A stretch of 64,000 bases of DNA, taken from Octopus sinensis (lineage: Eukaryota). The number at the start of each line of letters is the position of its first letter. Position 1 is the first letter of the stretch. Below the pieces are notes generated by a model. That model saw only the letters and a list, made by a program, of their open reading frames with translations, did not search any database and had not been told where the DNA came from. A program made the position numbers and the translations under genes. The DNA is taken from assembly GCF_006345805.1 (NCBI RefSeq), contig NC_043012.1:58590001-58654000 (forward strand), written 5' to 3'. Below, in pieces: positions 53,491 to 64,000 of the stretch.

Positions 53491-53528
53491 ATCATACTTA
53501 TGTGTGTGTGGTGGTGTATATATATTAT

Positions 53529-53573
<45 letters not shown>

Positions 53574-54339
53574 TATAGTCGTAGAACAATAACTCATACT
53601 AAGAAACTTACATCAGCGCCACCCTCATCACATTACCATCATCTTCATCAACAATATTATTATTAGCATCAGCATCATCATCACCTTCCATTTCGTCTTT
53701 GTCCGCTCGATCAATAAAGGACCGGAAATGTTTATATATAATGGTTTATTGAGAGACACACACACTCTCTCTCTCTCTCTCTATCCCTCTCTTTCTCTCT
53801 CTCACACGCACACATAAAAACACACACACAAACACACACACACAGTCACACGCACACGCGCGCATCTATAAGCACTTTTTCATAGCGAGCTTTGTTATAG
53901 CTGTGCAATTGTTTGTGATTGTCTTTGTTTCACTGGCGTATATCTTTCTATTGTTGTTTACTCTATTTTTCCTCATTGTTTTTCTTCTTTCATATCTTTT
54001 GTTTTTGTTCAGTTCTCTTTTAAAGAGGCTATTTAGGATATTAGTATGTGACGAATTCACTTATCTTAAAACAAAAGTTCACCACTGAAAGCTACATCAT
54101 TTCTTATTATTAAAAGCGAATAAATAATATGCTTTTAGCTCCAACGAAATTAATTTTGCGCTAAAGATCACATTTTTCGAACTCTTTTAGTAGACTTTAT
54201 GAGCTTGAGTCTGGCGTTATTTTCGTTCTATAGCTCCATGTCAACCCTCTTCGAACGGATATACAATCGATCAAAAGCTTCCCATTGTGACCATCCATTC
54301 AAAATGTTATTTTCATAAATAGTGCTTCTAGATGTACAA

Positions 54340-54625
54340 CAGAAGTTCTCAACTAGGGTCTATATGACTCTCGTGGGTCCATATTGCCCTTGGAGTCCAT
54401 ATTACCTTTGGGGGTCCATGCAATATTTTGTTGAAATTTATGTGCAGTGAATTGGTTATACGTCGAAAAATCGAATATTTTAACAATTTATTATATACAA
54501 TTCATATTATTCATTGATAAAAATTTAATTGAATTCTTTAAACATGGACTGGCTTTGAAGGTCCAGCCAAGTAAAAGAGTAAGCCAAATGGTTCCAGAGG
54601 TACAAAAAATGGCTGAGAAACACTC
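54340..54625. mobile_element. Probable hAT-type MITE
   Basis: Ends cagaagttctcaac / gctgagaaacactc resemble CAGTGGTTCTCAAC-type hAT TIRs. Flanking 8-mers atgtacaa / atatacat (6/8 match). Internal gggtccat repeats. Confidence 0.55.
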
Positions 54626-54832
54626 ATATACATTATAGAGTAAGTAGTGTCTGGTTTAAGATTGCGGCACATAATTTTGAATAGTGTGGAGGTGGGTTTC
54701 GTTTCATTCCGGTGTTTCTGCAAGCAGAAGGCGGGACCAGGTCAATGTCAATATTATGGAAAGAAATTAAATTTCCCCTTGTAGGTCTAGCTTGTTCTTG
54801 GTCAAGCACAGCTGATAATGTTGCACCAGAGT

Positions 54833-54875
54833 TTTGCATTGATAAGAGGCAACTACCTCGAAACTAGTCTGGATG
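54833..54875 (+). ncRNA. Degenerate minimal hammerhead-ribozyme fold
   Basis: GCA-UUGAUAA-GAGG(CAACUA)CCUC-GAAAC-UA-GUC-UG: perfect stem II; core has two transitions (C3>U, G8>A). Confidence 0.5.
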
Positions 54876-56052
54876 CCAGACCCGCAAGAAGCTGCTGACC
54901 CCCACCTGTTCGAAGGTTATAATGGACACAGGTTTATGTGTGACATAGCTAGCTAGAGGCGATGGCCTCTTGGAGCTAATCAACGGCAGCATTCGTCCTA
55001 TTTTTCTGGACTGCCATGTTAGCTTCGCTATAACTATTAATATCCAGTACCGCTGATGAAGTCTCCTTTAGAGAGAATTTGAAATAATGATATTTCTATT
55101 CTGTATTTCAGGCAACAATGATATAGTACTAAATCTATTAAAGTCTCATAAGTCACTACTGTGTCCTACCTAGCACTGAAAACTACGATGTATGTATACG
55201 AATACGTCGATGTAAACAAAGCAATCAAAGATAGAAAAATAGAATCAGTGTATATGCATATTTCCGGAGTTCTTGCTCCTCCTTCTACACCACATCCAAC
55301 CCATTATCTATCCACGTTGCTTAAATAACTACTCAATACCAATTTTTCTGTCTTCGATCGTATTATTACGATCGTTTCGTATATGAAACGTCGTAACTTT
55401 CATTGCTGACTCTAGTTTCTATTGATAATCTGTGGAGATAACTTCAAAAAGTGATTATCGAATGTGTTTTTCTCATTCTGTTAAGAAAATAGGATGTAAT
55501 TTGTGTGAGATTTAGCTGCTAACTTCAGCAAGACGAGCGAACCGTAGAATCAATATAAACGTTTTAAATTCTTTGTGAGCAGTGCTAACATCCTACTTGT
55601 ATTCTTTCCTCCTTAAAAATAGAGGCCTGTGAAAATATAAAAAGAATATTATCACAAACTTTACCTACCTCGGTCTATTTCACATTCATTCCACAAATAT
55701 AGATTAAATACATACCAGTAATAAACTTTGCCATTATATAAATATTGTTGTTTCGTTTTCGGGGAAAACGGGAAGAAAATAGAGAAGAAATTATAAATAA
55801 AATCAATATTAACACAAACTTCAGGAAATATAACAGATATCGTTTTAGCGTCTCTCATCACAGGCAATGAAGAAGAATTCATGAAATTCTATACACCTGG
55901 AAATGAAATAGAATCAAATTGCAAGCAGCCTGAGCAACGATTCTTTGAAGAAAGAATTTTACAGAAGCATATATTTCATTGAATTACAGTGCTTGGCTAA
56001 ATAAACTGAAGTGTTTGGTTGGTGGCAATAAAGTAAAGACTAGGGTTCCGGG

Positions 56053-57200
56053 AGAGAGAGAGAGAGAGAGAGGCAAGCAGACAGACAGCTATACAGACAG
56101 AGATAGGTAGGTAAGTAGATAGATAGATAGATAGATAGACAGAGAGCGGAAGAGAGAGACAGATAGACAGAGAGTGGTGGTAGAAAGTGGGGGTCAGGTG
56201 AGGCTGGTGGATCGAAAGGGAGAAGCCGTGAGGGAGAAGGAAGGGAAGGTGTGCAAAAAGAGAGATGGAGGGTGCGAGACAAGAATGAGAGAAGGTGAGT
56301 TACGAAGAATGAAAGAAAGAGAGAGAGCGGGGATTAGGGAGAGAGAAGAAAGACAAAAAGAAAATGAAGACGACAGAGGAAGAAGAAAGGAAAGGGAAAG
56401 GGTGAGAGAGAAACTTAAAGACTGAAAGAGGGAGAGGTTGGGAGAGAATGAAAGAGAGACATAGAGCGAAAGACGGGAAAAGAAAACAGAAAAAGAGAGA
56501 GTGGGTGAGGGAAGATGCGGGTGAGGGAGAAGGCGGGAGAGGGAGAGAATGAAAGAGAATGAGAAGGAAAAAAGGAAGATAAAGAAGGAAAGAAAGAAAG
56601 GAAGAGACTGAGGAAAAAACCAGAGGGACAAAAGGAGGAGGAAGAGAGAAAATGAGTGAGAGAAAGAGAGACAGAGACAGACAAATAGCGAAAGAGCAAG
56701 AAATAGTGACAGAGAAAGAGAGAGAGTGTGAGAGACAGACAGACAAATAGAGAAGGAAGCAGAGAAAGTGACAGACAGAGAAAGGGAGAGAGAGAGAGAG
56801 AGAGAGAGAGCTACAGGCAGAGAAAGAGCCGGAGAAAGTGACAGGCAGAGAAAACAGAGAAACAGAGAGAGACAGAGATAGAGAGAGAGAGAGAGCCAGA
56901 GAAAGTGACAAACTGAGAAACAGAGAGAGAGAGACAGAGAGAGAGACAGACAGACAGACAGAGAAAGAGCCAGAAAAAGTGACAGAGAGAGAGAAACAGT
57001 GAGAGAGAGAGACAGACAAACAGAGAACGTGACAAACAGAGAGAGAGAAAAAAAAACAGAGAGAGTGACAAACTGAGAAGCAGAGAGACAGAGAGAGACA
57101 GAGAAAGAGCCAGAGAAGTGACAGAGAGCGAGAAAGAGGGACAGACAGACAGACAGCGACAGAGAGAGGCAGACAGACAGATAAGAGACAGGGATAAAGA
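56053..57200 (+). repeat. ~1.1-kb purine-rich (GA)n/(GACA)n block with recurring gaaagtgaca and gaaagagcca units
   Basis: Read directly; explains the long S/L pseudo-ORFs on the minus strand. Confidence 0.93.
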
Positions 57201-57473
57201 GCATCACGTAGCTAACAGTCGTTGTTCGTATCACTTACATGCTTTTGAAGGCTGACATAAGCACATTGTACTGAAGAGTTTGAGGTGATATATTTCCCGA
57301 AGGTGTTAAAGGAAGAAGTATTGAGAATCCTTCTCTCAAGTAATTAATATAACCGATGACATACTATACACTGGAAGATTTGGAGATGTTTTTCGAAGAG
57401 GGTCACACATGTGTGCACGCACGCATGCATGAGAACACCCGCGCACGCAACCTCGCAAATAGGTACACACAAG

Positions 57474-57513
<40 letters not shown>

Positions 57514-58274
57514 TGTCTGTGTATGTGGGGGGTGCTTTGTATATTGCCAAAGGTGTGGCGTTGTGTGCGATCCAAATGCGTTCCAATTCCCTTCAATGGT
57601 TTTGGGTTAACCAATAGCCTTTGAGTAGAATTAAGTTGAGAAAGATATATTTACGTACATATATATGTGCGTGTGTGTGTTTGTACTATACATATATATA
57701 TAGATATAGATAGATACATACATACATATATTAATATTTAGGAGAAGCAACAGAGTGACTCAAGGGCCAAGAGTTTTGTGTTGATAAGTGCCAACGCCCT
57801 CTCGTTTCTTGAATCACTGTTGTGTCAGCTAAATATTAATGAAATTATACATATACTCATATATTTTTCCTATTTGCATCAGCATACCTATTCATACACA
57901 CACACATAAACACAGAAAGACAGACAGAGATAGGATAATCCTGCGAGGCAACTTGTGGTAAATATCAAATAATTTGTGTATGTGTGTGTATGTATATATA
58001 TATATATATGTATGTATTGAGAAAGAGAGAGAGAGAGAGAGATGTTTATTATGTATGTTAGTAGGTAATTACAAGATGATATTCGATATTTACCACAAGT
58101 TCCCTCCCAGGGCATCTACATGTTTCAGTGCGTGTCTCTATGGTTGCTAACTTATAGCAAATCATCCCAAATTTATATTCCCACAACTGTGGGGTTCCGA
58201 TGTTGTTTGATTGTCTCTTTAGACAGTTTTATTTAAAACTAGAGTAACTGTTTTGTCCCTTATATATATATATA

Positions 58275-58439
58275 AGGGACAAAGTGGCTGTGTGGTAAGT
58301 AGCTTGCTAATCAACCACATGGTTCCGGGTTCAGTCCCACTGCGTGGAACCTTGGGCAAGTGTCTTCTGCTATAGCCCCGGGTCAACCAATGCCTTATGA
58401 GTGGATTTGGTAGACGGAAACTGAAAAAAAGCCTGTCGT

Positions 58440-58497
<58 letters not shown>

Positions 58498-58700
58498 GTG
58501 TGTTTGTCCCCCTAGCATTGCTTGACAACCGATGCTGGTGTGTTCACGTCCCCGTCACTTAGCGGTTCGGGAAAAGAGATTGATAGAATAAGTACTGGGC
58601 TTACAAAGAATAAGTCCCGGGGTCAATTTGCTCGACTAAAGGCCGTGCTCCAGCATGGCCGCAGGCAAATGACTGAAACAAGTAAAAGATTAAAAGAGTA
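58275..58700 (+). mobile_element. SINE family A, full length
   Basis: agtggctgtgtggtaagtagcttgc...gggttcagtccc...(TA)n...ccagcatggccgcaggcaaatgactgaaacaagtaaaaga. Confidence 0.93.
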
Positions 58701-59204
58701 TATATTCATTACCTGTTAATTTATATATCAAGTGTCCATGCTGCTATCTACAACTGTAAATTTTGTAACACAGTCGGGGTTGGGGAGACAGGCCCCCTTT
58801 GATCGGCAACGGCTGAAGAGATTTATACTCATCGAGTCATAAAGGTGTCTTTTGAGGTAAGTGTTGTAAATGTTTCATTTTTTTTTTGCGTGTGTCTGTA
58901 ATATGTTTAGAATTAAAAACTTCTGCAACACAATTTCTTCTATGCTGTTATGTTTTCCAATTTTTTGAAGAAACTCAGACCTCGTCTGATCTTTCAATTT
59001 TTTTCATTTCCCCTATAAAATCGTTGTAACCAAGGCACCCGAAGTGATTTAAAAACGTCATTGTAGGGAGAAGAATTATGCTGCAATTCTTTTGACATGT
59101 AGGGTGCTTTCAATAATACATGTACTTACATATATGGTCAGTCTATATAACTCCGTAAGAAACATGGTATTGGTTTCCTGGTTACTCTGACACATATACA
59201 TATT

Positions 59205-59385
59205 CTCCCTGGATGTGCCGCCAGTACATCTCAGGTTTACTGATATTTACCAGCTGAGTGGACTGGAGTAGCTAGAGATGAAGTGCTTTGCTCAAGAACA
59301 CTATGCATCGACTAGTCCTGGAATCGAAACCACAATCTTATGATCAGGAGCCCAATACCTTTATCACTACGAAGCCATACTCCTT
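59205..59385 (-). mobile_element. SINE family D-like, diverged
   Basis: ccagctgagtggactggag...tgaagtgctttgctcaagaacac...cctggaatcgaaaccacaatctta. Confidence 0.78.
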
Positions 59386-59400
59386 CATAGACATACATAA

Positions 59401-59431
<31 letters not shown>

Positions 59432-60413
59432 ATAGACAGAGGAACATATATATGGGCACTGGCGTAGCATGCAGGTTTTCATGTTCCTTTTCCAAACATA
59501 CAACCACATGGTTCCTGTAGGTCTGTGGATAGTAATGTAAAAGCTTTATATTTAGTCGTCTCAATCGTCGCATTTATCTTTGCCAAATATTTCCGGTAGA
59601 CATTTTGATAACAGGATGTGGGTGCTGACGTCTTACCTAACTTTCTACGTGTTAAAACAATCAAATTAATTTCATTTCTACAGTCACCCTAATCTTTTTT
59701 TTTTTACTTCTTAGAAGAAATAAGACTTTCTTCTTGTTTTTCGTTAGTTTTGGTTTTTGTCTTTCGTGTATATCTTTCTATGACTTTATTTCCTGTGTGA
59801 ATATGTGATAAGAGTGAATAGGGTACCATTTTCGTTGTGCGTTATGATATTTGAAAATGAAGGTGTTGACATATCTGCCGCTCTTGCTTGCAGCATTCCA
59901 TTTGTATTTTAATTATAAGTGCTGAATTAACGAATCTGTTAGTGCGTGTTAGGATTATGATATTCGAAAATGCGTAGCTTCTTGTTTTGTTCTGAGTTCG
60001 ACTGCAATTGTTCTTTTGCTCTTTTACTTATTCGAGTAAATGGAATGCAGCTATGTTTGGGCACCACCAGGAAGGGTTTAGTAAAACAAATTGACATTGA
60101 TAGTCTGTCGTATGATCTACAACAAAGGAAGGAAAAAAGAAGGGTGCATATGGGACGCTAGTCTGTCTGAGATGCTTCTAAAATAACGAGGATACTGCTA
60201 GAATACTTTTGCTGAATATGAGTTGAGCCGTTGATAAACAACAACGATAGTCTTTCATCTGTTCTAAGATAACATTTTACTCTCACAACGATAAAGTATA
60301 TATTGCGGAAGATTTGATCTACATATGTTAATCGCATTTCCATTTAGTCTTCGGAGATACCTAATTTCAGGAAATTGATGTTGACAACGCACTTGGTTTA
60401 TCGACGTAATGGG

Positions 60414-60460
60414 ACCCTAAGACTGACGTTTCGACCTGATTATGTATCTTCAGTCAAAGT
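60414..60460 (-). ncRNA. Degenerate minimal hammerhead-ribozyme fold
   Basis: ACUUUGA-CUGAAGA-UACAU(AAUC)AGGUC-GAAAC-GUCA-GUC-UUAGGGU: intact core, 7-bp stem I (3 G-U pairs), damaged stem II. Confidence 0.5.
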
Positions 60461-60523
60461 TACGCTTGGATCAATAACTAAAGAAAGATGATGGCAATTG
60501 TTTTATATATATACATATATATA

Positions 60524-60571
<48 letters not shown>

Positions 60572-61819
60572 ATATATATATATATATATAGGGGGATGAG
60601 TGCGTGTATGGGTGTGTGTATGTATGTATGTACGTGTGTGTGTTTATACATACATATGCATATATTATTTGCCGATGCCTGCTGCTGTCTGCTAAAGACA
60701 TAGTAAATTATCGTGTCCTACGGTGAATCTATTTATGGGTATGTAGATTGAGCGAACCAGAGTTAAGTAGCATACGCCTTGAACACGATAAAGGATACCA
60801 AACATCAGTGATCGGAAACGCTATTATTTCAGCCAGCTGCAAATTCTCTTCGTTCACTAGAGGAATTATTCTTTCATAATGGAACTATTTCTGAAGTTTC
60901 CTGCTCTTGACAATTATTTTCCGCATGAAACTGCAACATGTCTAGAAATGTTAAATATTTAAGACTACTTTTTCTCTCTTGGCTGATAATAAATATTAAA
61001 TTAGCTTTTCTCTTCTCAAATAAATGCAGATATCCATTTTTTAAGACCTGACGTTAGCAATATCTTGATGTAATCATTGAAAAAGTTAACCCTTTTCATA
61101 AGAAACGATATGAATATGACCAGAAATCGATGCAATTTCACTATAAATATTCAATTAAATATTTTTTCTTCCTTGATCAGTGAAGCACCAGGTTAAAGGA
61201 ACTGAATATCTTTCTATCACAACTAATACTACTCTCTCTGTTCGAGTTGACTACTTGGATCAAATACTCTTCAAATATGGAATATTGTATTCTTGACTCG
61301 GAATATAAAACAAATATTTTTCACTAGAAATAGAATTTTTTTTCTCTATATTGGATATGCCACGAAACTCTATTTTAGAAGCAATTTACGTCGGCTTCCG
61401 GATATTAAAGTACCTAAGTAAGGTATTAAATAACATAAAATATTGTATAGTTCATGGGATTAATTCAATGTTAATTTATGAGACTTGGAAATATTTCCTT
61501 AGACGGCCAACTTACTCAAAAGTGGAAGATGCTTTAAATATGTGAGTTAACTATGGAAACATTGAAAAGTTTTATCTAGAAAGGATATTTTTACTTTATA
61601 ATAAACGCAGTTTATTTTTGTATATGAAATCATGAAATGATATAAGTATCGATCAACAAGTCAGGAATAGATAACCAATAGACTTCCAACTCTTCAAGGA
61701 TGATCCTGGGGACGTGCCTTTTTAGCACTAAAATAATTCTTATTTGAGTTCTTGAAGGCACTATAGAAGAGCGAAGAAATTACGAGGTGGAATCAAAAAT
61801 TATCTTCACTTTAACCATA

Positions 61820-62081
61820 TAAATAAAGATAAATGCGCCCTTTTAAAGCCTAGCCAGGCTCATGTGCCCGGTTTCCCGGTTCCAATGGCGTATGTGTTCC
61901 CCAGCTGGAAGGGACGCCAGTCCATCGCAGCGTTACTCATTCTTGCCAGCTGAGTGGACTGGAGCAACGTGAAATGAAGTGTTTTGCTCAAGAACACAAC
62001 GCGTCGCCTGGTCCAGGAATCGAAACCACAATCTTAGGATCTTGGTGCTGACACCCTAACCACTAAGCCACGCGCCTCCAC
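61820..62081 (-). mobile_element. SINE family D with 13-bp TSD, nested in the left mariner arm
   Basis: TSD cactttaaccata at 61807-61819 and 62082-62094. Confidence 0.93.
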
Positions 62082-62640
62082 CACTTTAACCATAACATAT
62101 CTTTATTATCGTTACGCTGCCTGCTGCGCATGCATGCTTATAATTGGAGCTATTGTGGTCAAGTGATCGAAATTTGAGCCTGATAGTGTCATTTTTTTCT
62201 GGCTTTACAGTGTAAGCACAGCTGCTCCCCTAGCAATGTGCATCAACAAAAAAATAGACCAGTGATCCGAGAGAAGGTAATGGTGAACCAGTTGACCCTT
62301 GCCATCTCCCGAGCTTACTGATTCTTCTTGTCTGTAGTGGAGGTGGACGGGCGTCATGCTCCTTCTTCGTGCGTCACACTTCTCCGGTCACTTTTAAACT
62401 TTTCGATTCACTCATACACACTTCTACGCGCTAATACACTGTATCCCTATTGTGCTAAAAGCCTCTGATGACTATCAGCACCTGACACACCTTCCGACCA
62501 GAGAAATTGGATCCCTGTTCTTTGTTCTTCTTTGGTGCATATTGCTAGTGGAGCGACCATGCTTATACTGTAAAGACAGAAAGAAACATGGTATGATCAG
62601 GCTCAAACTTCGATCACGTAGCCACAATAGTACCAACTAT

Positions 62641-62771
62641 TACCCTGATGTAATCTCCAGGAATACATGCATCCAGCAACAGGACCTCCGTAATGCTATG
62701 ATGGACCGTGAAGTCTGGCGTAGCATGGTAAATTCCATTGTCTCGACCACGGTCGAACAATAATGATGATG
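62641..62771 (+). mobile_element. 131-bp 5'-truncated RTE-like LINE 3' end with 14-bp TSD, nested in the right mariner arm
   Basis: YPDVISRNTCIQQQDLRNAMMDREVWRSMVNSIVSTTVEQ* followed by a (TGA)n tail. Perfect TSD atagtaccaactat at 62627-62640 and 62772-62785. Confidence 0.85.
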
Positions 62772-63628
62772 ATAGTACCAACTATAAGCACGCATGCGCA
62801 GAAGGCAGTGTGATTATAATAAAGATACGTTATGGTGTGATTGCAGATAAATGTTGACTTCCCTCGCATATAAATGTAAATTTGGTGATTTTTTCATTGG
62901 GATATTAGTTACAGGGCCATGTTCAATTCAAATCAAATCAAATCAATTCAGGCACTCACGAACATTCAAACATATTTATTCCAGATTTCATATACAATAC
63001 GAATCATATTTTAAAGTACATATAAAAGTTAGTTCCTTTATAAGGACCAATGCGTGTTGCGATTTGGTGGTGGCTTGTGTGATTCAACGACACTGAGAGC
63101 AATACCAGTATCAAACAAGTTCTTGGTAGGGCCTTTCAAGCAGGTGAGTTAAAACTACAGAGGCTATACCGACTGTTTCCAGAGGTAAAAAGGGATGTGT
63201 ATAAGGCCACAACCCTTACATAGAAAGAAATCAAAGTTACAGGAGTATCAATGGCAATAGAAGATCAATTTAAATCTTAAGCGACGAAGGCGTTCACTTA
63301 GGGTGTACTTTTCAACCCATACTTCGAGATTGGCCCTGAGGGCGCAGAATCGAAAACAGTGGAGTCATCGATGTCCTGTGGTCCATAAGAAGGGAAGGGC
63401 TTAAATGAGTAAGAGTTAATTACCATTGTATATTCGTTATTAAACATGTACAACCTTACGAATTCTTTAAATTACAAACACAGTAATAGAAAGAATTTTA
63501 TTCTAGATGCATTAAGGAAAGAATAAAGTAAATAGCTAGAAATTATGATAATTTGCTTGTAAAACAGTGGTCTGTCACTCTCTCCCTCTCTGTCTCTTTC
63601 AGTTTCTGTCTGTTTGTCTGTCTGCCTG

Positions 63629-63660
<32 letters not shown>

Positions 63661-63734
63661 ACACACACACGTACGCACATAGACATTTACACTCTCTTAC
63701 GCACGCACACACACACACATATGATTAGACAGAC

Positions 63735-63742
63735 GGACAGAC

Positions 63743-63839
<97 letters not shown>

Positions 63840-63878
63840 CATACGTACATACATACATACATACATACATACATACAT
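63735..63878 (+). repeat. (GACA)/(GATA)n/(TACA)n compound microsatellite
   Basis: Read directly. Confidence 0.96.
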
Positions 63879-64000
63879 CGAATGATTGATCGATTACTTG
63901 ACAGATAGATCGAATGATTGATCGGTCGCTTGACAGATAGTCAAACAGGTACATAGATATGACAACCATGTGATTTGTTTCCCAACAAATTTGTAATTTG

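Larger units (their letters stand above)
61783..62866. mobile_element. Second non-autonomous mariner derivative with two inverted 5' ends (~210-bp arms)
   Basis: Left end TA-cgaggtggaatcaa, right end ttgacttccctcg. The arms 61783-62268 (minus the SINE) and 62509-62866 (minus the RTE) are reverse complements. Minus-strand translation: ICTKEEQRTGIQFLWSEGVSGADSHQRLLAQ*GYSVLARRSVYE*IEKFKSDRRSVTHEEGA*RPSTSTT (mariner N-terminal HTH). Confidence 0.88.

Noticed and set aside
55353-55372. Small hairpin cgatcgta-ttat-tacgatcg
   Set aside because: Isolated 8-bp stem with no supporting context; expected occasionally by chance in 64 kb.
63100-63420. Segment ending gagtaagagttaa, reminiscent of a piggyBac-type TTAA end
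   Set aside because: No matching left TIR or TTAA found in the window.

Overview
AT-rich, microsatellite-saturated animal genomic DNA, either intronic or intergenic. The SINE families and overall architecture point to a coleoid cephalopod, most likely Octopus; this is inference from recognising the repeats, not a database result. I find no confidently supportable host protein-coding gene, rRNA, genuine tRNA or CRISPR array. Almost all ORFs in the supplied track are translations of (TA)n, (TG)n, (GATA)n, (TTA)n or (GA)n repeats. The window contains: (i) more than 30 copies or fragments of four tRNA-headed SINE families, here called A, B, C and D, several with clear TSDs; (ii) LINE remnants: two abutting R4/Dong-like fragments, a CR1-like 3' end and a tiny RTE-like 3' end with a 14-bp TSD; (iii) DNA transposons: a full-length dead Tc1 with TIRs and TA TSDs, a mariner 3' fragment, two mariner derivatives built from two inverted 5' ends, and a probable hAT MITE; (iv) four degenerate minimal hammerhead-ribozyme folds of the Penelope/retrozyme type; (v) a near-perfect 213-bp palindrome. 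The most interesting signals are the recurrent double-5'-end mariner architecture, the hammerhead remnants, tail swapping in SINE family C, and SINE-B tandem dimers with an identical junction at two loci. Repeat boundaries were set by eye and are approximate unless a TSD or TIR is quoted.
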